From Schizochytrium sp. TIO01 (lineage: Eukaryota > Protista > Bigyra: Labyrinthulomycetes): a stretch of 64,000 nucleotides of DNA. Of the stretch, positions 22,688 through 34,747 are shown one piece after another. How positions within the stretch are numbered: the first letter of the stretch is position 1; every line of letters begins with the position of its first letter. The notes beneath the pieces are model-generated. The model was not told where the DNA came from and made no database searches. It worked only from the letters and a program-made list of their open reading frames with translations. Made by a program: the position numbers and the translations under genes. Location: assembly GCA_004764695.1 (NCBI GenBank), contig SMSO01000031.1, forward strand, positions 4,440,436-4,504,435, written 5' to 3'.

Positions 22688-24008
22688 TTGTTGGGACTCA
22701 AGTACCTGACGCTGCATTTGAATATCATCAGCAGTCCGACTCTGGTGCAAAAGCGTGAGCATATCCATTCGGGTCTGCTCGAGATACTCGTACAAAGCCT
22801 TCTTAATAGGGGGAAAGGATCCATATTGAATGCCACCATCCCGGATTTTCTCGAACTCCGTAATGAGTTGGCGAAATGTTTTTTGCACTTCTTTGGCCGT
22901 CAGCTGCTCTGCGTCAGCTCCGCTAAAAATTTCATTTTTTAGAAGACTCTCTGAGATCTTTTGCCAGACAGCCTTGTCCAGGTAAGGCTTCTGAAAGCAT
23001 GTTTCTTTTGCAAGGAGAAGTTGACGATCTTCAGTCCACAACGTCTCATTAGGCTTTTGGGAGCCTGTGGACGACCCACCCTGGGAAACGCTTTGGCGCT
23101 TGAGCGGGTTTGCCGAGGACTCAGGAGCCTCGCCCATTTTACGCTTTTTGCTATCTGAATCTGATGAGACAGAGGCCGAGGATGGTGCGTTAAAGTTTCC
23201 GGCCTGTTCAATAAGTGCGATTGCGCGCTCTTGCGGTGCAAGTTTGGCCATGCTCTTGGGCATCATTTTATCCGTGGCTTCTCCAACCTTGTTCCCCAAT
23301 TGATGAAACACTTCTCCAAATGAGGGCACAGCACCTGTAGTGTTAAACATCTGCCGGGAAGGGGCTAGGTGACTTAGACTTCGGTCCTCCACTTTCCTTT
23401 TTCATTGCAGTTCCTTTATCGCCACCACGAAGAGCATTTCCAAGTGCACTCAAAGCACTTTGTGAATCGTCCTTAACAGTTTGTCCTAGCTTCACAGCCG
23501 CAGTACTAGCGGTCTTAGATGCCATGTTACCTGCACCGCGACCCTTCGCATTGGGGCCGCCGGGGGTTGATTTGTTCTTTTGCGATTTGGCCGCAGCTTT
23601 GCTATCTTCCTCGTCATCGTTGTCGTCTTCATCCTGGTAGTCTTCATCATCTGCATCGTCATCGTTTACATCCTCATCATCATCCATATCATCATCCTCA
23701 TCAGCAGTGCTACTCTTCTGCGCAGCGTGAGCCTTACTGGTGATCTTATTATTCTTTTGGTCTCCCGCAGAATTGTCTTTCTTGCCGTCTCCAGCTATAG
23801 CTTGTTTTCCCTTAGCTTGCAAAAGTGCAGCTTGAGCGACATGGGCCAGTGCTGACGAGGCTGCTGTTGTGGGTCCAGACGATCCTGGAGTTGAAATCGA
23901 AGCAGGATTTGTAGCATTTGTGGAGGCCACGTTTGCGTCCTTTTTAATAGGTTCCTTATTGACGCCTTTATCTTCCGACTTAACGGCGTTAGCCGCGTTT
24001 TCCACCAT
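21422..24008 (-). CDS. PolyQ/polyN-rich protein with Myb/SANT(trihelix)-like domain, probable transcriptional regulator; two ORFs (23343..24008 and 21422..23392) joined by a +1 frame change
   Basis: Acidic/low-complexity N-terminal ORF from ATG 24008 overlaps the downstream ORF. Domain LWTEDRQLLLAKE...WQKISESL...LTAKEVQKTFRQLITEF (~23046-22840) fits a Myb/SANT-like pattern. Four polyQ tracts, one polyN tract and a C-terminal coiled coil. Confidence 0.72.
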
Positions 24009-25008
24009 TGTCTTCGCCTCAGATGTCAAACAAAGATGCACTCAGAGATAAAAAAACAAAGCCTTATGTTTACCAAGATATTGCAATAGGTATATATGTA
24101 TATACCCACTTTGAGCAACCTAGATTCACAACTTCTGTCCTCGCTTCGAAAGTGCCCAATCTCCACAGGTTTTTTTTGTTTTTTGTTTTTTAATGTATGA
24201 GTATTCTCAGAGCAAACTTGACGTTCTCCACCAAACAAGAAATGAGATAATGCCAGTATGTCCTTGGCCCCACACTATAGAAGGTGTTGTCCAAAGTATG
24301 CAAAGATGATCAATCCTTGATGGATTTTCCCTCTTTTCAACCCAACTTGAGACAACTCAAAACTCAACGCAACGCTAAAGCGAATTCAAGAGCGAGCGGC
24401 CAGTAATATAGCAATCAAGACCCAGCTAAGACCTTCAAATCGGAAGGTCTTCCCGTCAATGCGCCTGCGCTTTATCGCAGCAGCGATGGCGTCGTAAGCG
24501 TATGAAAACGCGTGCAAGGATCGAAAGCGATAAACGAGCGAACGAGCGCACGAATGGATGGATGGACGGATCCAAGGACGACTGTCTCACGCGGCAAGCA
24601 GTGGGGAAACCGGCGACCGCTCGGGTTCTATCCCTGCGTGTCTATCTCGCGGCCCGCCCGCGTACGGGCTCGGCAGCAGCGGCGGCGGCAGCGGCTCCTG
24701 CGGCTCCTGCGCGAGTCACTATCACGAGGATGGATTGCATTTGCATGCACGGCAAATCTATATTTCACTCACTCTTTTCTTTCTCTCTTTCACACAACTC
24801 GTTAAAATATTCTCTTTTTTCCCCTGTTTCCTCCATTTATTATTTAATTAATACCCTTCACATGCTATTCAAGAATCAATTATATTTTCTTTTCTTTTTA
24901 ACTTTCAAAAACAATCTATTCTTTTATTTGAATTTTCAATCTTAACATGTATAGCTAGCTAGCTATATATGACTAAAAAGCAGTACATCCTTATCAGGTA
25001 CTTATTCT

Positions 25009-25650
25009 TCGTTTCCTGCGTTATTTATTTCCCTTCCTCTCTGCTCCTCTCCTCTCCTCTGGGCGTTCTCTCTCTCTTCCCCCTCCCTTCTCCACTGGCC
25101 CTTCAATCCTTTTAACCTCCTCTCTTCCGCCCACTTTCTCCCTTTCTTAGCTTCTTCCCTACCCTTCCTTTTCTCCTCCCTCTCTCATCCCCACTGCCTC
25201 TAAAGGCCTTCCCCTCTGTCTCCGTCTGTCCATTCTTCCTCTTTTCCTCCTTCCTGCTTCCATTCCAGGTTTTGTAACTACTGCCTCACCGCTACTGCCT
25301 CCCTACTTTATTGCCTAGCAGTCAATACTTACTTCTTTCGCACTTCTCCTCAGTCTAGACTACCTACTGCACAGCTACCGTAGTTGCACTTAGCACTTTC
25401 TACTGTACTCCTAGCAGACCTGCTTCCTTGCTTTCTTCTCACCTTCCGCCGTTCTCCTTTCTCTTTCACTTTCTCTCCCCTTTCTCTCTTTCTCTCTTTC
25501 TCTCCTTCACTCATTCATTCATTCATTCATTCATTCATTCATTCATTCTTTCATTCATTGTTTCTTTCTTTCATTCATTCATTCTTTCTTTCATTCATTG
25601 TTTCTTTCTTTCTTTCTTTCTTTCATTCATTCATTCATTCCTTCCTTCCT
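25009..25650. repeat. Long polypyrimidine tracts with (TTCA)n/(TTTC)n microsatellites
   Basis: Almost purely C/T on the + strand at ~25009-25265 and ~25420-25500. TTCA/TTTC arrays at ~25505-25648. Confidence 0.9.
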
Positions 25651-25897
25651 GTCGCCGTCTATCTATCTAACGCCTAAGGACTCCTACTTGGGTCCTGATT
25701 TTGATGAACAGCAAGCACCTTTGAAAAGAATAGGAACGGGGCTCTCCAAGCTCAGACCGCTTCGGCCCAGAAAGGAAAGGAAAGGCTTCGATAGATGGCT
25801 CTGACCCATCTTCTGAGCAGATCTCGGGCCATTTCCGCAAGAGCTTGTGCGCATAAATACGCCTTCCGAGTCCTGCGCCCGAATGAAATCAATCACT

Positions 25898-28500
25898 CAG
25901 AGATGAGATGAGATGAGATGAGATGAGGAGATGAGATTGAAAGTACCTTCTGCTATGGTAGTACCTAGGCGCTAGTAGACACTAGTAGGCGGCTAGTGTA
26001 ACAGATGGGAGGAGGGAAAAAAGGGAGGAAACAAACAAACAAACAAACAAATTGAGGATAGTCTCGAATGATTTATTTCCCTGTGTTTCTAAACACTTAA
26101 ACCCTAGGACCTATTAGAGGTATAGATAGATAGATAGATAGAGATAGATAGATAGATAGATATACACTTACAGTCCTAGTCCAAGATTTTCTGAACTAAC
26201 TGTATAGGCACCATGGTAGAAACTTGAAATAAACCTGTTAAACCTGTTTTGTACGATAACTGCATACACACGTACAAGCACACCACATTGGTAGTTGCAC
26301 CAAGGAAAATAAGTGACCACTGGCTGGCTACGTACCACTAGTGTTTTATTCTTCTTATTTGTTTGTTTGTTTGTTTGTTTGTTTGTTTGTTTGTTTGTTT
26401 GTTTGTTTGTTTGTTTGTTTGTTTGTTTGTTTGTTTGTTTGTTTGTTTGTTTGTTTGTTTGTTTGTTTGTTTGTTTGTTTGTTTGTTTGTTTGTTTGTTT
26501 GTTTGTTTGTTTGTTTGTTTGTTTGTTTGTTTGTTTGTTTGTTTGTTTGTTTGTTTGTTTGTTTGTTTGTTTGTTTGTTTGTTTGTTTGTTTGTTTGTTT
26601 GTTTGTTTGTTTGTTTGTTTGTTTGTTTGTTTGTTTGTTTGTTTGTTTGTTTGTTTTTCTTATTATGATGATACTTAAAAAACTTGACGTATATTCACTT
26701 TAATTAAAACTTATAAATCCTTTCATGATAAAATAACAAGATTGAAGAAGCTGTACAGAGCGCGGCAGGTCCCGCATTGTAGTACCTGCTGGTGCCTAGT
26801 CATAGATTTTCAACTGACTCGCTGACTGACTCACTGACTCACTGACTGACTGACTCACTGACTGATTAAGTGCGAGCAATGGCTGACCGAGCGATGGTCT
26901 CTTCTCTTCTCGAAGTCCCCGTGTCCTCGATTGGCCCGGCCATCTCAGCCTGAGCCTGATTTATTTCTGGCACTCGCTGGTTCGCGTATCCTTGAAAGCT
27001 CGATAGGCCCTTTCTTTGAGCCATTTTGTTTTTGAGATTTTGAACTTTGAGCAACGCAGACACAGAAAGAGAGAGAGAGAAAGAGAGAGATTAGTCGCGA
27101 ACGTATCTATGATGCGAGCAGAACGGCACAAGGGAAGCCAGCGAATGAGCGAATGAATGAATGCATGCATGCATGCATACATGTGTGATGGATGGACGGG
27201 CGGGCGGATGGGCGGGCGGGCGGTCCCTTTATCCACTCGCTCGTCCTCGCTCTCTCCAGTGCGTTCCTTCGGGCTCAGGCTTCGAGCTGATCAGCCGTCG
27301 CGAAGTCCTTGAACTCGAACTTCGCGACCGTCGATTTCTTATTTCTTATTGAGAAACACGATCAATCACCAAAAACACCAATCAACACCTTTCCATCTGT
27401 TCTGTTCCGTTATGGTAGTAGTCCGCTACTCACTCAGTAGGTAGCGTTCCACAAGGAAAGATAGATGATCGCCATTGTATTGTATTGCATTGACGAGCAC
27501 TACGTCTAAGAAAGAAAGAGGTCAATCAATCTTCTTTCTTTTTCTGCTATCAAAAAATAGTTAGGTTTTCAAAACTTTGGGTTTGTCTTTAAAGTCAACC
27601 AACAAAATGGTTTCTTACTCACAACTCGCTCTTCTTCCAGCTGAGTGGTCGATCAGGTACCACTGGAATCCGCCCGCCTCCTAGGCTTTGGCCTATCTGG
27701 GGAGTAGCCCACCTCGCTCGCCGTGCACTCTTTAACGCACTTCCTTACTCTCTCAGGTCTCAGTCTCTCTCTCTCTCTTTGACTCTTTTCTTCTGCTTCT
27801 TCTTCTTTCTGTGATGATCTGTCTCATTCCTTCTCAGAGATAGATAGATAGATAGATAGAGAGAGAGAGTGAGTGAGTGAGTGAGTGACCCATTTGAGTT
27901 AGTTAGTCAGTGAGTCAGTCAGTTCTTCAAGTTCGAGCTCTGCTTTCGATGGCACAGATCACTTCATCCATCCACCCACCCACCCATGCATGAATGAATG
28001 AATGAATGAATGAATGAGTGAGTGAATCGATGAATCGATCGATCAATCGCCACTGTCATGGTTTCTTTCCTCGAAGCCGCAGCCAAACTTTGAGCAAGAA
28101 CTTGAACTTCGTTCGCTCACCAGTCCAGCATGATAGCGGCGCTCCTAGTGGGTGCCTAGGCAGCAGTAGCGACGCCTCGCCGAGTTTGTCATTTTGGCCA
28201 AGAGCGAGAACTGATTATCTATCGCAGCTCCGACTGTGAATGGAGTTGAGGCAGCTCTTCATTGTTCCTGTAGTCTGCCTGGTGAAGATCTTAACTCGGC
28301 GGGCGGGCGAGCGAGCGGGCGTGAGCGTGAGCGTGTTCCTCGAAAACCATCGTTGAACTTAGACCTGAAGATGTACTTGAAGACGGACTTGAAGATGGAT
28401 GAGCGAGCTTGAAGAACCAACTACCAACCAACAAACAAACAAACCAACCAACAACAAACCAACAAACAAACCAACAACCCACCAGCCAACCAGCCAACCA
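25898..28500. repeat. Mosaic of short tandem repeats: (GAGAT)n, (AAAC)n, (GATA)n, (CTGA/CTCA)n, (GAGT)n, (GAAT)n, (CCAA)n
   Basis: Visible arrays at ~25898, 26028, 26123, 26813, 27838, 27866, 27990 and 28418. Confidence 0.9.
26361..26656. repeat. Perfect (GTTT)n microsatellite, about 74 copies
   Basis: Directly visible. It generates the spurious FVCL-repeat ORFs. Confidence 0.99.
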
Positions 28501-31211
28501 ACCGCCGCTGGCCTGAGCACCGCCTCTCACGGCGCCATTGGCAGCGCAGCATCAAGTGCCTACGCTGGTGAGGCCGCTGGCGCTCGCCATTATGCATGGA
28601 CTGGCCCTAGGATGACCTCTTGAGCTTCGAAGAAGAGTTTGCTTTCAAGAATTAGGAATTCCAAAGCCACTCTTGTTTGCTATTTACCTTGGCCAGAATG
28701 TGCAGAGAGAGAATCCAATCCTTCCGCACCGTCTACGCCCGCAGACTCGCAGACTCGCAGACTCGCAGGGCCAACGTGAAGAAGCCTTTGGCATTGTCAG
28801 GCATTTGGGCTCTTCGAATGCAGCGATGAGCCAGCTTGAGAGATCTGGTCGAGCTTGCGCGAGAGCGAGCCAATGCGGCGACGGCGGTGGAGCAATCTCC
28901 AAGAACCATAGATTAATTTCGAGAGCATGCATGATTCATGAAGCGCGATGAACCGATGATGGACTGGGAAGTTCAAGATTGAGAACACCAGCAAAGTCTC
29001 ACGATCTGACGAGTTTCAGCCCCTACGAAGGCAGAAAAGGAAGCTTTGCAGCCTAAATGAAACCCGAACGAATCGAAGGACTTGAAGGAAATTAATCATC
29101 ATCGATACAAATTCCTACACCTCACTTGCTTACATAATGCCAGGGCTTCGTGGGTTTACGCTCCGGGCCCCTCAAGTCCTAGCACTACCTATCTAGGTGC
29201 TATTGCTTTTGTTAACTTTACTGCTACTAGGATTGCTTGCTCTCTTGTCTTTCCAGCCATTGTAATCATTTAAGGTCATTCTTCTTACATATGTTTTAGC
29301 ACGTAGGTACATAAGCCGTGAAATCGAGATTACTACTCAACTCGGAGGTCTTGGGGCTGACAGAACTTGACAGACAAGAAATGGTTGTGAATCATGGTCC
29401 ACGAGCAACGGTGATCGGAGCTCTGTTCTGATAAGTGGCCTGGCCTCCACGCTACGCTCCCCAGGTGAGTCAACTTCGAACTTCGAAGAGCGACATAGGT
29501 CTCCGAACTCCAAGATGGCGACGGCAGTTTCCAAAGTTGACGGCGCTCGCTGTCTACTTCTGAAGTTTCGCCGACCAGCCATACCGATACCTCCGATCTT
29601 TTATTATAACTCCGACTCCATCCTTCAGAGGGCCTAGTGTCGCGCTTACTTCCTGTCTACGACCAAGCCTTGCCGAGGTCATTGAGCACCACCGCACCTG
29701 CTGCTAGTAGTTATGCAGGCGTCAATCCAGGTGTCAATCCTTTCTTTGCCTTTGTTGTTTTATTTCTTTGAGCAACTCTTGTTTGTGAATTCAGGTTTCA
29801 AGTGGGTTAGGCAGGCCTACATCTCAAAAACAAATAAATATCGTATCGTCATATCATGATCGTGATCGTGAATGAATTTATGAATAAAAATTTTGTTACA
29901 AGTGTAAACCTTTAATTTTTAATTATTATAATAACCATCATCATCATCGTCATCTTCATCATAGTGATCATGAAATAAGGAGAAGAAGAGAAAGGAGATG
30001 CGGCCATGTAGTACTAAAAAGGAACTCTGTGGATTGATCAACTTTGAAGAGGCCTCGGCCTTCTGCTTACCTTTGGCGTGGGATGCAGCAGTGAAGTCTC
30101 ACAAACGAAGTAAAGACTGCGACTGATTGAGGACGACGTGGTGGTGGTTGCAGTTTATCTGGGCGATACCGTATAGACGACCATTGCGTAAATGAAGTGG
30201 GCGACGACGGAGTTCCTCAAGTTGAGATTGTTTCTGGCAGTGGGACTTTGGTTAGTTTCGTTTACTTTGCGAATCACCGCTGAAGATTGATTGATTATAA
30301 ACAGAGCACATCTTGTTGTAGCAGCACACGATGGTGTACCAGACCTAAGTGAAGCTGGGCAGCTAGCTGGCCATGCAATGAATGCCTCGAGCTCAAGGCG
30401 AAGTCCAAGCTACTAGACTGACTGCCTGACTGTCTGATTAATATTCATGATTCTCACTCATGGTTCTTGTTCATTCGTATTCACGGTTCTCATTCTGGAC
30501 AGAAGATTGTGTAATACATCCTGAGTTGGCGAAGAGGCGAAGCATCTGCAGGAGAAGGGAGACAAACTGCAGTCCCGGCGAGGGATCCTCTTACCAATGA
30601 ATGACAAACTGGCACGCAAGGTGTCCATGAAACACGGCATTCAGCAAAGCCACCCCGGCTGCACTAGTGGGCACCTAGGTGGGTACTACCTAGCTGCACA
30701 AGACAAGATTGGTTTGCGTTTACACAAACCATCCTTGGAGTTGAGGCGAGATCTTCGCGCTGAGGCTGGCCACCGCTCGCCTTGATTCCTGCTAGACTAG
30801 CTGAGATGGGCCACGTACCCTCTGGGTTTCCGTGTATCAAGTTCAAGCTGCGTTGTGACATATTGTGTGGTGGCTTCGAGTTTTATTGACTGCAAGTGTC
30901 TAGATTCCGTGAGCACTACCTGGGAGGCAGTGCTTGATTTTATGGGCTTTTGACTGCCTCTGAAAGTGAGAGTGAGTGATTGATTGATCTTGTCTAGCTA
31001 GTGCTTAGGTACAACCTACTACCTCACAGAGTGACAGCGAAAAATCGAATAGAAGATTGAAATGACTGATCATCGGAGGATGTTGATCATAGCATGCTTA
31101 TTGATGGACCTCATATTTGTCATGGCAGTGATCGGTACTGACACATAATAAGTTTGAAGCGCCGTATTGGTCCTTCTTCTTCGGGGAAGTGGAGCGGGTC
31201 TCCTGAGAGAT

Positions 31212-31451
31212 GAATTCATGTAAAGAATTGAAAGAAGTCTTGAAGACAGCCTCGTGATATCGTTGATGACGAATTCATGTAAAGAATTGACGGAAGTCTT
31301 TAAAAAAAAAGCCTCGTGATATCGTTGATGACAAATTCGTGTCAGAAATTGGCAGAAGTCTTAAAGAAAGCCTCGTGATATCGCTGATGACGAATTCATG
31401 TAAAGAGTTGACAGAAGTCTTAAAAAAGAAAAACTCGCGATATCGTTGATC
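31212..31451. repeat. Minisatellite of four diverged 59-62 bp units
   Basis: Consensus approximately GAATTCATGTAAAGAATTGACAGAAGTCTTAAAGAAAGCCTCGTGATATCGTTGATGAC. Copies start at 31212, 31271, 31333 and 31392. Confidence 0.92.
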
Positions 31452-31939
31452 AGAGTCGTGCTTGCCTCATTAAAAATAATGCAAAAATAAACCTCTTTGC
31501 TTGTTTGTTGCAGAAGCAGACCGAAGAGAGCGTCAAGGAGAAAGAAGCTTCTAGTATTTCGGTGGTCAAAGAAATGGTTAAAAAGTGTAGAGTCATTGTC
31601 AACAAGTGTCATATTCGCTGGGGCAACAAGAAGTCTCATTTAAAGCAAGGATATGAAACCAATAATATCAGAATTTAGGTAAGAAATTATCATAGCAAAT
31701 GTTACGCGATGTTGGAATCTCCAATCGTTGCTGTGTTTAAAATAATACATTTAGGGTGCGCAACTTTCATCAACAAACAATATTTTAAAATTTTATGTAT
31801 TGCAGAGTTAATTGAATATACTCAATGCACGCCATATTTGAACTCAATCGAATGAAGATGCCGTGACTGCAGATCACTTAAGTCAATGAACTGAGTATTC
31901 CTCGCCTGCATTCTTATTGATTTGCCGATAAATATTTAA

Positions 31940-32926
31940 TCACTTTTGTTCACCAGGCTCTTCTTTGGGAATGAAAATACTACTGCGACGTTTTGACAAA
32001 TCGCTATCTTTCCTCAAAAGGTATTTTATACGGTCTGCAATCTCTTTTTCGGTCCTTTGGAGAGAACCCAGGATGAGGTTTGCATTCCTTTCGTCCCCTA
32101 CGTCTCTCCATTTGTAAGCACCCTTTAATATTGAATCTTCTAACTCGGTCCATGGTTTGGACGGTGTTGGCTTTTTCCGATCTGGATGGCTAGAATTGTT
32201 TTCTTTCCGAGTTTTACTGCTAGCTGATTTTGGCACTTTGACCTTGCTTTGGTCGAAATCAAAGTCCCCGTTGTCATCGTTCGAGTAGGACTGATCATCA
32301 CTATCCACCAACCTTTTCTTGCTTGCTAACTTTGACCCATGGTTTGCGCTACCCACATCTCCAGTGCCTGAGATATTGCTCTTTACAGTAGACGATTTGA
32401 CTGAGGTTTTAGCCTTTTTCCTTGAACTTTGAGGTGTTTTGGGGAGGGCGGATGTTTTCCCACCATTCGCTTCCTTTCTTTTCGTTAGCGCTTTCACTAA
32501 AAGTAGGGAGTCTGCGGCTGCTTTGGAGGTCGTTTCTGGCATCTCCTGGCTTTGCTTTTGGCTCACAAAGGCCATTGGTCTACGTGTAGCCGGTGTTGAC
32601 AAACAAAGGAATGGTGCATCTTCCTTTGGGACCGCAAATGAAGTTGGGTCCACGCAGGACTGATGTTGAAGGCATTCTATAAGCCATTGCTCTCGAATAA
32701 GCAATACGTTTGTAGCCTTGGGCGGTGCGGATTGGTCGTGTTGAACATCTAGAGCATACGTCAAATTAGTATACCGATCCCAGCTTAGCGCTGCACTGTT
32801 TAAAGGAGGGACCTTGAATTCATCGTCGCGAACCACAGCAGCCTGCTCCTTCTCAGCTCTTTGAATTAATCGGTTTGTTGAAGGCGCAGTTTTAGTCGGT
32901 ACAATCAGCCTGACGGACCTAAGCAT
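31940..32926 (-). CDS. BRCT-like N-terminal domain + Lys/Ser-rich linker + C-terminal Myb-like domain (Rap1/TERF2IP-like architecture)
   Basis: 328-aa ORF with ATG start. VLLIREQWLIECLQHQSCVDPTSFAV matches the BRCT WxxxC helix. KPWTELEDSILKGAY...RTEKEIADRIKYLL matches a Myb repeat. Confidence 0.7.
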   Translation of the reverse strand: MLRSVRLIVPTKTAPSTNRLIQRAEKEQAAVVRDDEFKVPPLNSAALSWDRYTNLTYALDVQHDQSAPPKATNVLLIREQWLIECLQHQSCVDPTSFAVPKEDAPFLCLSTPATRRPMAFVSQKQSQEMPETTSKAAADSLLLVKALTKRKEANGGKTSALPKTPQSSRKKAKTSVKSSTVKSNISGTGDVGSANHGSKLASKKRLVDSDDQSYSNDDNGDFDFDQSKVKVPKSASSKTRKENNSSHPDRKKPTPSKPWTELEDSILKGAYKWRDVGDERNANLILGSLQRTEKEIADRIKYLLRKDSDLSKRRSSIFIPKEEPGEQK

Positions 32927-34747
32927 CTCTTTATTCTACGCGTGTGCGGCGGTGACGGCGCGTGGTCCTACTTTTGTAAAGGCGGCCAACGAGACTTGAC
33001 CTAAAGTTATGATGGTGGTTGAACAGACGATGAAGCGGCGAACTCCTTCTCTCAACCAAAATCTCAGTTCACAAGAATACTGAGGGTTGCGGCAACGCCA
33101 CAGCCAATGCCTGGGGCCTAGCCAAGGTCTCCTACGCTCCAGAGAGCGCTTTGGCTCTGATTTGTCAAACTTGATAGAGAATGTGTAATGGTTTAGATAA
33201 TTAGTTCGTTTTCATTTGGAAAAAAACTTGAATATAAATAATAATATAATAAATATAATACCTCAAGGTATAATCCAGCGTAACCGATTTACATTTTGCT
33301 GACTGATCATACCAGGGTACTGTTGGCTTGGTAAATCTCAAGATGCGATGGCAAGAATTTAGGGAACGATCTGGCTAGTATTAGGCAATATAACAAGTGT
33401 ATACAATGAGGCAAAAGAATTTGATGCAAGAGGTAGATTTTTTTTAAAAGCAAAGGGGATGACATCTTTGTTAAGAACACTCTAAAGCAATATACCTCAA
33501 TATTAACTTTTCTTATACTAAATTTACCAATACACTGAAAGGAACCAATACATTTAAATCCGAAAAAATGGATGTAGCGTGTGCTAGATTAAATGTTTAT
33601 AAACAAAAGAGAACAGCACAAGTTTGAGAAAGACAGATGGCCAAAGAACCATAGCACCGGTATATTCAGATTGCTTGCTACCATGGATACTAAAGTATCC
33701 TTGCGTTGATTAATAAAAAATAATTCCCCAAGTGCTGTTTGTCAGTACATACCAAAATTGTCTTCTTTAAAATGGCGCGTTTATTTGATTTACCTTAGAC
33801 CATTTCATTGATGCTTTTAACACCATTTGAATGAATACGCCGAGCTAGTAGGTACACTCTAGCTAGTGAATAGCTTGAGCTTTGCTGTTGAAGCATCTAA
33901 AGTTGAGTGTTTATTTCGTCTACCTATTTATAGATTTGCTCTTGTATTGTTTATTCTTGCTTGAGTGGGGAGCGTTGAGACATTGACTCACAAGATGGCT
34001 AGGAATCTTGAAAAAGTCCTATAAGCTTGCAAGAAGTGACGACTGAGACAACTGAACCTATTTAAAAAGAAGAAGCTTGATTATATCCAAATACTTTTCT
34101 CAGCATAAGTACGGTCTTACGCGACTCGCTCTTAATAGTCAGAAGCCATAAGTTCATGTTCTTAGTTTGGGTAAAAACTTAAGCAATAACATCACTCATT
34201 ACTCTAATAGAGTGGACAATGCTGGTTGTACTACATATTTGACTATTTAGGTTTACCACCCTCTCTTGACTTTTCAAAACAACCGCTAGCACTCTCTGGA
34301 TAGTCAGATGTAATAAGTTGCATCACACTACTACTAGTAGTATTAACAGCATGGTACTAGTATTCCTTCCTGATGAACGCTGATTTAACAACTAATGATG
34401 TAGCACTACAGTTTTGACTAAGTGTGATATAGAATTAGCTTCACAATGCTCTCCCTATGTGCCCTGTCTGGGACTCTGGCACTCAGACTACACGCTGAAA
34501 CTAATGCCAGCGAAAACTCAAAGAACTAAACTCTGAAAGAGCGACTTACATGTTTGAAGATCAGCCTGTGAAGCGCTCCAACCTGCTTGTCGGGTAAATA
34601 TGCATAAAGCAGCGTAAAGGCGCTACAGTGCCAGCAAAACCTATTCATCAATTTTAATATCAAAAGATAGATATCCTATTCTCATTGGTTCTCCAAAGCA
34701 TCAGTAAGTAGGGATTCACGAGACTTGCTGGATCAAATTTTGAAACT

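Noticed and set aside
26313-26703. FVCL-repeat ORFs in three frames
   Set aside because: Translations of the (GTTT)n microsatellite.
31212-31451. Possible CRISPR array
   Set aside because: The whole unit is repeated with no unique spacers, there are no cas genes, and the context is eukaryotic.
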